DNA from: Candidatus Latescibacterota bacterium
GTDB lineage: Bacteria > Krumholzibacteriota > Krumholzibacteriia > WVZY01 > JAKEHA01
NCBI GenBank assembly: GCA_963707635.1
Contig: OY970173.1
Coordinates: 992,001-1,056,000 of the forward strand
Length of the DNA stretch: 64,000 nucleotides
Direction: 5' to 3'
This document shows, in pieces, positions 27,788 through 36,672 of this stretch (within the stretch, counting starts at the first letter, position 1; the number at the start of each line of letters is the position of its first letter). The notes beneath the pieces are model-generated. The model saw only the letters and a program-made list of their open reading frames with translations. It made no database searches and was not told the origin of the DNA. The translations under genes and the position numbers were made by a program.

Positions 27788-28348
27788 CTACAGCCCGAGC
27801 TCCGTCGATACGGTCCGCATCGAGGAGATGACGTTCGCGATGTGTTCGTCGAGCGACAGCCCGACCAACTCGGCGCCGCGTTCGATGTCTTCGCGCGAGA
27901 CGTTGCGGGCGAATCCCTTGTCCTTGAGCTTCTTCTTCACCGACGCGGGTTCGAGGTCGGAAAGGCTCTTCGACGGCCGCACCAGCGCCACCGCGGTGAT
28001 GAAACCGCACAGCTCGTCGACGGCGAAAAGCGCCTGGCGCATCGGTGTGTCGCGCGGGACGCCGGTGCGATCCGCGTGGGAGAGGATGGTCTGGATCAAT
28101 TCCTCGTCGACCCCGCGCGCCCGGAGGATTTCCGCCCCGCGGAACGGGTGGTCGTCGAGCGACGGGAAGCGCTCGTAGTCGAAGTCGTGCAGGAGGCCGG
28201 CGGCGCCCCACGCGTCGGCGTCGGCACCGGAACGCGCGGCGTAGTGACGCATCGCCGCTTCCACCGCGTAGGCGTGTTTGAGCAGGCTCTCGCCCTGGGT
28301 GTGTTCCTGCAGGATGGCGAGGGCGCTTTCCCGCGTGGGAAACGGCAC
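27788..28348 (-). CDS. HD-domain (HDIG) metal-dependent phosphohydrolase
   Basis: SD AAGGAG + GTG 28348; LLKHAYAVE, GLLHDFDYE, HP..G, ILSH, DELCG. Confidence 0.88.
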   Translation of the reverse strand: MPFPTRESALAILQEHTQGESLLKHAYAVEAAMRHYAARSGADADAWGAAGLLHDFDYERFPSLDDHPFRGAEILRARGVDEELIQTILSHADRTGVPRDTPMRQALFAVDELCGFITAVALVRPSKSLSDLEPASVKKKLKDKGFARNVSREDIERGAELVGLSLDEHIANVISSMRTVSTELGL

Positions 28349-28421
28349 GGCCGGACACTCCTTGGTTTGCGGGATGGCGGGGCGATCGTCTATATTAGGC
28401 GGACGACCATCTGATGATAGT

Positions 28422-30197
28422 ATGAATACTCCCGCCAGTTCCAAAGAAAAACGCCGGCTCGCGCTGCGAACAGTGCTGCGCTACCTCGGCCGATACCGCC
28501 TTCGACTCGCCGTCGGAGGCTTGTGTCTGGTGCTGGCCGACCTGCTCGTGCTCGTGAGTCCGTGGATTCTCAAGACCGCGATCGACGCGCTCTCGCGCGG
28601 AGTGACGAAACGAGAGCTGCTCAGCTACGCGGGCATGCTGGTCGGGATCGCGGCGGTGGGCGGCCTGTTCCGGTTTCTCATGCGCCGCATCATGATCGGC
28701 GTTTCCCGTCAGATCGAAGTCGACATGCGCGCGGACTTCTTCGCGCACCTGCAGGCGATGAGCCCCGCGTTCTATCACCACCACCGCACCGGCGAGCTGA
28801 TGGCGCTCGCCACCAACGACTTGAACGCCGTGCGCACGCTGGTGGGCCCCGCGGTCATGTACTCGATGAACACGGTGGTGATCGGCAGCATGGCGATCGC
28901 GCTGATGATGGTGCTGTCGTGGAAGCTCACCATCGCGGCGCTCGCGCCCATGCTCGTGCTCACGGTGGGCGTCTACTACAGCGTGAAGATCATCCACCGG
29001 CTGTTCGAGATCGTGCAGGCGAAATTCGCGTCGATCAACGCGCGGGCGCAGGAGAACCTGAGCGGCATCCGGGTGGTGAAGGCCTACGCGCGCGAGAACT
29101 ACGAGACCGGCGAGTTCGCGAAGGCGAGCGGGGAGTATCTCGCGGCCAACATGAAACTGCTGCGGGTGCAGAGCCTGCTCCACCCGCTCCTCGCCACCGT
29201 CGCCGGCATGGGCGTGCTGGCGATCCTCCTCTTCGGCGGCAACCTCGTCATCGACGGCGAGATCACGCTGGGGACGTTCGTCGCGTTCAACGGTTACCTC
29301 ACCATGCTGGTGTGGCCGGTGATCGCGCTCGGCTGGGTAATGAACATGAACGAGCAGGGCCTCGCGTCCATGCAGCGCATCAACGAGGTGCTCGAGGAGA
29401 AGGCGACCGTCACCGACGAGCGCGCCGGCGCGGGCGGGGTCGACCACGCGTCGATTCGCTTCGACGACGTGTCGTTTTCGTACGGCCGTGGCGGCGTCCA
29501 CCGCGACGTGCTCAAGCACATCAGCTTCGAGGTGAAGGACGGAGAGACGGTCGCGATCGTGGGGCCGACGGGATCCGGCAAGACCTCGCTCGTCTCGCTC
29601 GTCCTGCGCCTGTACGACGCGACCGGCGGGCGCGTGCTCGTCGGCGGGCGCGACGTGCGCGAGATTCCGCTGCGGGAGCTCCGCGGATTGATCGGCCTGG
29701 TGCCGCAGGACATCTTCCTTTTCTCGGAGACGATCCGCGAGAACATCTCCTTCGGCGTGGCGGAGCTGCCCGACCCGGTGCTCCACGTCGTGAGCCAGAC
29801 CGCGCAGATCTACGACGAAGTCATCGAGTTCCCGGGCAAGTTCGAGTCGATGATCGGGGAGCGCGGAATCAATCTCTCGGGCGGGCAGGCGCAGCGCGTG
29901 GCGATCGCGCGCGCACTGGCCAAGCGCCCCCGCATCCTGATCCTCGACGACGCGCTCTCCAGCGTGGACGCCACCACCGAGGAGAAGATCCTTACCTCGC
30001 TCGCGGGCGAATTCGAGAACCGGACCGTGATCCTGATCTCGCACCGCATCTCGACCGCGCGCCAGGCCGACCGCGTGGTGGTGCTCGACGACGGCGAGAT
30101 CGTCGAGCAGGGCACGCACGACGAGCTGATCGCGCTCGGCGGGCTCTACGCCGAGATGAATCGAAAGCAGATGCTGATGGTGGCGCTGGAGAGGTGA
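28422..30197 (+). CDS. ABC exporter TMD-NBD subunit 1 (YheI/TM287-like, degenerate Walker B)
   Basis: GPTGSGKT, LSGGQAQR, ILDDALS; ATG 28422. Confidence 0.92.
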   Translation: MNTPASSKEKRRLALRTVLRYLGRYRLRLAVGGLCLVLADLLVLVSPWILKTAIDALSRGVTKRELLSYAGMLVGIAAVGGLFRFLMRRIMIGVSRQIEVDMRADFFAHLQAMSPAFYHHHRTGELMALATNDLNAVRTLVGPAVMYSMNTVVIGSMAIALMMVLSWKLTIAALAPMLVLTVGVYYSVKIIHRLFEIVQAKFASINARAQENLSGIRVVKAYARENYETGEFAKASGEYLAANMKLLRVQSLLHPLLATVAGMGVLAILLFGGNLVIDGEITLGTFVAFNGYLTMLVWPVIALGWVMNMNEQGLASMQRINEVLEEKATVTDERAGAGGVDHASIRFDDVSFSYGRGGVHRDVLKHISFEVKDGETVAIVGPTGSGKTSLVSLVLRLYDATGGRVLVGGRDVREIPLRELRGLIGLVPQDIFLFSETIRENISFGVAELPDPVLHVVSQTAQIYDEVIEFPGKFESMIGERGINLSGGQAQRVAIARALAKRPRILILDDALSSVDATTEEKILTSLAGEFENRTVILISHRISTARQADRVVVLDDGEIVEQGTHDELIALGGLYAEMNRKQMLMVALER

Positions 30198-32011
30198 GCG
30201 TGGAGTACATCCAGGCCGACGAACTGCAGGAGAAGCCGTACGACCGCCGCCTGATGGGGCGGCTGATGGCGTACCTCAAGCCGTACAAGCGCTACGTCGG
30301 GTTGAGCGTGGCGCTGCTCGCGGTCGAGTCGCTGATCGAGCTGGCCCCGCCCTTCGTCACCAAGCTGGCGATCGACCGCTATCTGGCGCCGACGGGAGAC
30401 GTCGCGACCAGTCTTCGGCACGCCGGACTGGCGAAGGCGGTGGCGGTGCTGGGGGTGGCGCTGCTGGCGGGTCTGGCCTCGAGCTACGTCCACGGGCTCA
30501 CGATGGGCTTCGTGGGCCAGCGCGTGATGTTCGACCTGCGCATGCAGATCTTCCGCCGGCTCCAGCGCCTGGATGTCTCGTTCTTCGACCGCAACCCGGT
30601 GGGGCGCCTGATGACGCGGCTCACCAACGACGTCGAGACCCTCAACGAGATGTTCACCGCCGGCGTGGTCGCGATCTTCCTGGACATTTTCACGCTGGCG
30701 GGAATCGTGGTCGTGCTGGTGTGGCTCAACTGGCAGCTGGCGCTCATCACCTTCACCGTGCTGCCGCTATTGTTCATCTGCGCACAGGTGTTCCGCATCA
30801 AGGCGCGCGACTCCTACCGCAAGGTGCGCGTGCGTCTGGCGGCCCTCAATACGTTCCTGCAGGAAAACGTGACCGGCATGAGCGTGGTGCAGATCTTCAA
30901 CCGCGAGAAGGCGCAAAACCGGCGCTTTTCGCGGCTGAACAACGAGCTCTACGACGCCCACCTGCAGTCGATCCTGGCCTACGCGGTGTTCTATCCGGCG
31001 GTGGAGCTCCTGAGCGCGGTGGCGATCGCGCTGATCGTCGCCTTCGGCGGGCTCGACGTGATCACGGGTGCCATGACCTTCGGCTCGCTGGTGGCGTTCA
31101 TCCAGTACGCGCAGCGTTTCTATCGCCCGATCAGCGACCTCTCGGAGAAATACAACATCCTGCAGTCGGCGATGGCCTCGTCGGAGCGCATCTTCGGCGT
31201 GCTCGACCGCGACGCCCGCATCGCCGATCCCGCGGATCCGGCGCCGATTCCGACCGCGCCGTCCGAGGTGCGGTTCGACCACGTGAGCTTCGCCTACAAC
31301 CCGGACGTCCCCGTCCTCCACGACGTGAGCTTCACCGTGCAGCCCGGCGAGAAACTCGCCATCGTCGGCTACACCGGCGCGGGCAAGACCACCATCATTA
31401 GTCTACTTTCGCGTTTCTACGACGTGAACGAGGGACGCATCACCATCGACGGCGTCGACGTGCGCGGCTACCGGCTGACGGATCTGCGCCGGCACATCGC
31501 CACTGTGCTCCAGGACGTGTTTCTGTTTTCCGGGAGCGTGGCGCACAACATCCACCTCGGGAATACCGAGATCCCCGACGCGCAAATCCGCGACGTGGCG
31601 CGCTACATCAACGCGGAGCGCTTCGTCGAGCGGCTGCCGAACGGGTACGACGAGAACGTCGGCGAGCGCGGGAGCTCGCTCTCCGTCGGCGAGCGCCAGC
31701 TGCTCTCGTTCGCGCGCGCGCTGGTGTACGACCCGAAGATCCTGGTGCTCGACGAGGCGACCTCCAGCGTCGACACCGAGACCGAGTTCCTGGTCCAGGA
31801 CGCGCTGCGCAAGTTCATGGCCAACCGGACCTCGATCGTGATCGCACACCGGCTCTCGACCATCCGCTACGTGGACCGCATCCTCGTGCTGCACAGGGGC
31901 CGCGTGGTCGAGGAAGGCACCCACGCGCAGCTGCTCGCACAGGGCGGGCACTACGCAAAGCTCTACGAGCTGCAGTTCAAGGAGCAGGAGAAGACGCAGC
32001 TGCTAGATTAG
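30194..32011 (+). CDS. ABC exporter TMD-NBD subunit 2 (YheH/TM288-like)
   Basis: GTGA overlap; GYTGAGKT, LSVGERQ, LDEATS, IAHRLST. Confidence 0.92.
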   Translation: MSVEYIQADELQEKPYDRRLMGRLMAYLKPYKRYVGLSVALLAVESLIELAPPFVTKLAIDRYLAPTGDVATSLRHAGLAKAVAVLGVALLAGLASSYVHGLTMGFVGQRVMFDLRMQIFRRLQRLDVSFFDRNPVGRLMTRLTNDVETLNEMFTAGVVAIFLDIFTLAGIVVVLVWLNWQLALITFTVLPLLFICAQVFRIKARDSYRKVRVRLAALNTFLQENVTGMSVVQIFNREKAQNRRFSRLNNELYDAHLQSILAYAVFYPAVELLSAVAIALIVAFGGLDVITGAMTFGSLVAFIQYAQRFYRPISDLSEKYNILQSAMASSERIFGVLDRDARIADPADPAPIPTAPSEVRFDHVSFAYNPDVPVLHDVSFTVQPGEKLAIVGYTGAGKTTIISLLSRFYDVNEGRITIDGVDVRGYRLTDLRRHIATVLQDVFLFSGSVAHNIHLGNTEIPDAQIRDVARYINAERFVERLPNGYDENVGERGSSLSVGERQLLSFARALVYDPKILVLDEATSSVDTETEFLVQDALRKFMANRTSIVIAHRLSTIRYVDRILVLHRGRVVEEGTHAQLLAQGGHYAKLYELQFKEQEKTQLLD

Positions 32012-32028
32012 TCTCGATTCGGAGAGGA

Positions 32029-32439
32029 GTGACGACTATCGCCATGAAGCCAAAGCTCTCGTTCTGGCTGGCCGGCGCATTCCTGACCGCGTTTCTGGCC
32101 GTCGGCATCCCGTACTGGCAGGTTCCATACGCGAAGGTGTCCATGCCCAACACGCTGATGGCGCCGGGCCTGTTCATGGTGGTGTTCGCAGCCGCACTGA
32201 TGCGGTTCGCGGGAAAGCACAGCTTCCTCGCGTCCTGGCTCGTCGTCGCTGCGGCCGTTCCGGCCACGGTGATGGCGCGGGTCGTGGTCGACACATCGCA
32301 GGATCCCACATCGCATAACCTGTGGCCGTTCGAAGTCGCGCTGGCGTGGCTGGTCGGACTGCTGGCCTCGCTCGCCGGCGCGGCGCTGGGGAGCGCGCCG
32401 GCGTTGCTGGCGCGGGGAGAGTCGCGCGGCGATTCATGA
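32029..32439 (+). CDS. Small four-TM membrane protein (DPTSHNLWPFE motif)
   Basis: Hydrophobic helices; SD GGAG; start GTG 32029 or ATG 32044. Confidence 0.65.
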   Translation: MTTIAMKPKLSFWLAGAFLTAFLAVGIPYWQVPYAKVSMPNTLMAPGLFMVVFAAALMRFAGKHSFLASWLVVAAAVPATVMARVVVDTSQDPTSHNLWPFEVALAWLVGLLASLAGAALGSAPALLARGESRGDS

Positions 32440-32461
32440 GTACCTGCTCGCAGGAGGAGCC

Positions 32462-32854
32462 ATGCCCATCAGAATCGTGAGACTCGGGAGCCCGCGCGCG
32501 AAGGGCGAGGGGCTGCGAATCGGGACCGTCCGGCGCCCGCCCCGCGGCGTCCCTAAAGACCAGTGGGCCGCGCAGGATATCTATGACGTCTGGTTTCCCA
32601 ATCTGTCGCCGAGCGAGACGCTGCTCAAGGCCACCTTCCCGGTGAAGGACGAGCGCGCCTGGAAGACGTTTCGGCGGAAATTCCTCGCCGAGCTGAAATC
32701 CCCCGCGGTGCGACGAGAGCTGGAGCTGCTGGCGGCCTTGTCCCATCACACCAGTTTCGCGATCGGCTGCTACTGCAAGGAGGAATCTCACTGCCACCGC
32801 TCGATTCTTCGCGAGTTGCTCGGGGATCTCGGGGCGGACATTGTGCCGAAATAG
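32462..32854 (+). CDS. DUF488 (YeaO-like) family protein
   Basis: EGLRIGTVRRPPRGV.K, DVWFPNLSPS, CYC..E..CHR. Confidence 0.82.
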   Translation: MPIRIVRLGSPRAKGEGLRIGTVRRPPRGVPKDQWAAQDIYDVWFPNLSPSETLLKATFPVKDERAWKTFRRKFLAELKSPAVRRELELLAALSHHTSFAIGCYCKEESHCHRSILRELLGDLGADIVPK

Positions 32855-32935
32855 CGTTATCGGGGTTACGGACAAGGCGCCGGGAGCAATGTATTTTCTC
32901 GTACGCGTCGTCTCACCATTGTCAAGGAGGTAGCC

Positions 32936-33328
32936 ATGAATAGCGTTGTTCATTTTGAAATGCCTTTCGAGAACCGCGAGCGCCTGGCGAAGTTCTATCA
33001 GTCCGCGTTCGACTGGCAGATGCAGATGCTCGGGCCGGAGATGGGAAATTACGTGCTGGCCATCACCACCGAGTCCGGTCCGCAGGGCCCCAGGAAGCCC
33101 GGCGCGATCAACGGCGGCTTCTTCGAGAAGCAGCCGGACCGGCCCATGCAGTATCCGTCGGTCGTGATCGCGGTGGACGACCTCAAGAAGGCGATGCAGA
33201 AGGTGACGGCCTCGGGGGGCAAGCTGCTGGGTGAACCGATGGAAATACCCGGCGTGGGTCAGTACCTCTCGATCACCGACACGGAAGGAAACCGGGTGGG
33301 CCTGCTCCAGCCGGTTCCTCGCGGCTGA
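32936..33328 (+). CDS. VOC/glyoxalase family protein
   Basis: VVHFE, INGG, VDDL, EIPGVG, DTEGN. Confidence 0.88.
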   Translation: MNSVVHFEMPFENRERLAKFYQSAFDWQMQMLGPEMGNYVLAITTESGPQGPRKPGAINGGFFEKQPDRPMQYPSVVIAVDDLKKAMQKVTASGGKLLGEPMEIPGVGQYLSITDTEGNRVGLLQPVPRG

Positions 33329-33377
33329 CGCGCGCCGGGGCTGTTTGTAGACCCCGAAGCGCCGGGTTCCCGCGAAC

Positions 33378-33990
33378 ATGGTCATGGGGCCTGTAGTTGC
33401 AGACACCCGGGGAAACCTGGTGCTCCGACTATTGGCGCCGTACCTCTCGGTCGGGGTCTGCTGGTGCCTGTTCCACAACGCGTGGCTCGCGATCATCGGC
33501 TATCACGCGCAGATTCTGTGGTGGTCGCGCGGAACGCAACCAAACCTCGGCGAAACCCCGGCCGACTCGGTTTACGATGCTGATTCTGCCGTTCGCGCTC
33601 GCCGGCCCGGCCCTCGGCGTTCTCCTTCCTCACGTCGCGCGAACGGATGTTACGGTCTGGCTGGATCGCTACCAGCTCACGGGCCCGGCGCTGCTCGTCA
33701 TGACGTTCTACTTCGGGCTCGTTCACCCGGTGCTCGAGCAGGTGCACTGGGCGCCGCTGCGCGAGCGCACCCTGCTTGCCCACGTGGCGTTCGCCGGCTA
33801 TCACCTGCTGGTGCTTTACTCGATCCTGCCCGTTCCGTGGCTCGCGGTGGGTTTCGTCGTCCTGAACCTGGCCTCGTGGCTGTGGTCACGGATGGTGCGC
33901 GCGTCCGGGAGTCTGTGGCCGGCCATCGCGTCGCAGAGCGCCGCGGACCTCGGGATCGTTCTCGTCGCCGCGCTCGGGTTCGTGGAGTAG
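33378..33990 (+). pseudogene. Frameshifted membrane protein (CPBP/Abi-like); break near 33540-33555
   Basis: Hydrophobic N-terminus in the frame of 33378; continuation (MLILPFALAG..HPVLEQVHW..AGYH..SQSAAD) in the frame of 33397..33990. Confidence 0.55.
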
Positions 33991-34012
33991 ACTCCACCGG
34001 AAGGTGACCTGA

Positions 34013-34651
34013 ATGCACAATCGAACTCTCTGGATCAGCGGCGGAATCTCGGGTGTGAGTTCGGTGGTGTGCTATGTCCTGGCCATCATGCTCCCATGGC
34101 CGGAGACTCAACTGGGCACCGTGGCCGCGCTGGCGGTCGTGAGCGCGTGGCCCATCTTGAGCATCGTGTACGTCTACGGGCTCTACGATTTCGTCGCGGC
34201 GGGGAGAGAGAGCACCGCCAACCGTTTGTCATTCGTGTTCGCGGTGGCGGGTTTTGCGACGGTGCTCGCGATGATCATCGTTCAACTCGCGGTCGGTGCG
34301 GGCGTGGGCGAGATCACCGCCGGGCTGGATGAGCAGACTGCCCGGGCGATGCGTGGCGGTCTACGCCTGATCGACCACGGTCTGGATGTGGCGTGGGATT
34401 TTCTGATCGGAATAGCGCTCATCTTCTCCGGCGTGGCAATCCGCAGACGCGACGGCCTGGGGCTGGGTTGGGCGGTTGTTTCGGGGGTGCTGGGGGTGGC
34501 GTTGATCGCGCTAAACGCAGCCACCTTTCCACAGCCGCCCGCGGACGCAGGGCTCTTCGACATTGGCCCGGTTATCGGAGTGTTCACGATCGCACTCGCC
34601 GGAAGACTGACGGCCCTGGGGTGGCGGACACCCCGCGTGAACACCGGCTAG
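34013..34651 (+). CDS. Multi-pass membrane protein of unknown function
   Basis: About six TM helices; SD GAAGGTGA. Confidence 0.7.
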   Translation: MHNRTLWISGGISGVSSVVCYVLAIMLPWPETQLGTVAALAVVSAWPILSIVYVYGLYDFVAAGRESTANRLSFVFAVAGFATVLAMIIVQLAVGAGVGEITAGLDEQTARAMRGGLRLIDHGLDVAWDFLIGIALIFSGVAIRRRDGLGLGWAVVSGVLGVALIALNAATFPQPPADAGLFDIGPVIGVFTIALAGRLTALGWRTPRVNTG

Positions 34652-34678
34652 CGGCCGCTGGCCAAGGAGCACAATGCG

Positions 34679-34781
34679 GGTTTCCCGACCTATCGCCGAG
34701 CGAGACGCTGTTCAAAGCGATCTTCTCGGCGAAGGACGAGCGCGCCAAAAGTCCCACTGCCACCGCTCGATTCTGCGCGAG
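34679..34781 (+). pseudogene. Degenerate, internally deleted remnant of a DUF488 paralog
   Basis: Similar to 32592-32659 joined to 32789-32815. Confidence 0.75.
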
Positions 34782-34798
34782 CACACTTGGTCTTCCGG

Positions 34799-35653
34799 CT
34801 ACTTAAGCAGAATCACCTTGCGCGTGAGAACGTCATCGCTCGCCTGCACGCGTATCAGGTACACACCGCTGGGAACCGCCCGCCCGTGGCCATCGGTTCC
34901 GTCCCACGTGATCGATTGGGTCTTATAGCCGCTCACGTGCCGGTCGAACTGTGTCACGACGCGTCCGGTTGCGTCGAATACGACGAGTCTGACCGTCGCG
35001 GGCCCCTTCGTCCGAAACGAGATCGTCGTGGAGGGGTTGCACGGATTCGGGTAGACCTTGAGCACGTAGATGGGCGCGGTGCGAACCGTGCGGGGGGAGG
35101 GCGCCGCGGTGACCACGATACGGATGCGCCAGGTGGACTTGCGTGGTGGTTGGGTCACGGTGGAGATCGTGTACCACGCAGAGATCGTGTCCCCTGGCGT
35201 GGCGAGCATGTCGCTGCGTACAATACAGAACGACGGTGCGGTCAGGTTCGGCGGAGGAGTCGGTTCCGGAATGACCGGCCCGACCTCCGGCGACGGGGTT
35301 GGGGTGGGCGTCGCGGGGATCTCCGGGCGTTCCAAAGTGACGATCATGCCGCGGATGATCGGCACGAACGGCCCCGATTCGTCTTTCAGGCTGAACTCGA
35401 TCCCCGGGCCGCCGCGGATCTCGTACAGCAGGCGGCTTCCGGGCTTGGTCGCGATCGACGGAAGCGCGATGCGGCGAGGCTCGCCGGGCCACAACGACGT
35501 AATGGGCAGATCCGCGGCGGTTCCCAGCGCCGTCGTGTCCGCCTGCGCGCTCCGGGTCCCGGCCGGAACCCAGCTGCACGCGCTTGCCTGGATGATACCC
35601 GTGAGCAGACACACTCCGATTGCGGGCATTGCGTGCCCGTACCTCCGGTACAC
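34799..35653 (-). CDS. Secreted protein with Pro/Thr-rich segment and FlgD-Ig/Por-secretion-like C-terminal domain
   Basis: Signal peptide; PATPTPTPSP; YPNPCNPSTTI..VFDATGR..WDG.D..G..VPSGVY..RKVILLK. Confidence 0.72.
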   Translation of the reverse strand: MYRRYGHAMPAIGVCLLTGIIQASACSWVPAGTRSAQADTTALGTAADLPITSLWPGEPRRIALPSIATKPGSRLLYEIRGGPGIEFSLKDESGPFVPIIRGMIVTLERPEIPATPTPTPSPEVGPVIPEPTPPPNLTAPSFCIVRSDMLATPGDTISAWYTISTVTQPPRKSTWRIRIVVTAAPSPRTVRTAPIYVLKVYPNPCNPSTTISFRTKGPATVRLVVFDATGRVVTQFDRHVSGYKTQSITWDGTDGHGRAVPSGVYLIRVQASDDVLTRKVILLK

Positions 35654-35878
35654 GATGCACCTCCTGCCGGCGGCGGGGTGGCCGCACTCGCCGGCCCGAG
35701 TCGATGTTTCGTGGGGTTGGTCAGCGTGGGGGTTGGCGTGGGTCTGTTCGCAAGATGGTTAACAACGGCACGACTGGCAAGCGGATTCATGACGCGCCGT
35801 GGACGGCGCTCCCTCGAATGCGCTAGAGTCACGAGCGCTTGACCGGAGCCGCGGACCGGAGTCCGGGAGAAGACGAGA

Positions 35879-36259
35879 TTGAAACTACTCTGGGTGGGTA
35901 TCGGTGGATTCGCGGGGTCGGTACTCCGCTACTTGGTCAGTGGCTGGGTGCAGGAATCCTCGCGCAGCGTTTCGTTTCCGTACGGGACGCTGGCGGTCAA
36001 CGTCGTCGGCTGCCTGCTGATCGGCGGGCTTTCTTACCTCGCGGACGAGCGCGGCCTGCTCCACCCGCAGGCGCGGCTGTTCCTGATCGTCGGCATACTC
36101 GGCGGTTTCACGACGTTTTCCGCATTCGGTAACGAGACGTTCGCGCTGCTCCGCACCGGCGAATTCGCGCGCGCGCTGGCCAACGTGCTCTTGAACGTGT
36201 TCCTGTGTCTGACCGCGGTGTGGCTCGGTCGCGCGGCGGCGTTCGGGATCTGGAGGTAA
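35879..36259 (+). CDS. crcB: Fluoride channel CrcB/Fluc
   Basis: GGFAGSVLRY, FPYGTLAVNVVG, GILGGFTTFSAF. Confidence 0.95.
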   Translation: MKLLWVGIGGFAGSVLRYLVSGWVQESSRSVSFPYGTLAVNVVGCLLIGGLSYLADERGLLHPQARLFLIVGILGGFTTFSAFGNETFALLRTGEFARALANVLLNVFLCLTAVWLGRAAAFGIWR

Positions 36260-36262
36260 GCG

Positions 36263-36607
36263 ATGACGCTCCCGGAAGAAGGATACCTGCTTCGCATCTT
36301 CATCGGGGAAAACGACAAGCACGCCGGGCGTCCGCTCTACGAATGGCTGGTCGTGCAGGCACGCGCGCGCGGGCTCGCCGGAGCGACGGTGCTCCGGGGC
36401 ACGATGGGCTTCGGCGCCAACAGCAAGGTCATTCACACGGTGAAGATCGAGCGACTCTCCGAGGACCTTCCGATCGTGGTGGAAATCGTCGATACGCGCG
36501 CGAAGCTGGAGAGTTACCTCGAGACGATCGACGGTGCGATCGGCGCCGGGCTCGCCACGCTGGAGAAGGCTGAGGTCCGCTTCTACCGGAGCGACCCGGC
36601 GAAATAG
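36263..36607 (+). CDS. DUF190 (PII-like) protein
   Basis: LRIFIGE.D, AGATVLRG..GFG, LSEDLPIVVEIVD; typical crcB partner. Confidence 0.9.
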   Translation: MTLPEEGYLLRIFIGENDKHAGRPLYEWLVVQARARGLAGATVLRGTMGFGANSKVIHTVKIERLSEDLPIVVEIVDTRAKLESYLETIDGAIGAGLATLEKAEVRFYRSDPAK

Positions 36608-36672
36608 GGCGCACGCGACGCCACGGCGTAGACAGTGGGCCTCTCATGGGGTAGGCTCACCGTCTTGCGCCC

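Noticed and set aside
35760..35878. Fluoride riboswitch upstream of crcB
   Set aside because: I could not find the GGCGATGG...AAT/GATGAC-type consensus by eye.
32012..36607. Integron cassette array or mobile element
   Set aside because: The genes are small and cassette-like, but no integrase, transposase or repeated attC-like palindromes were seen.
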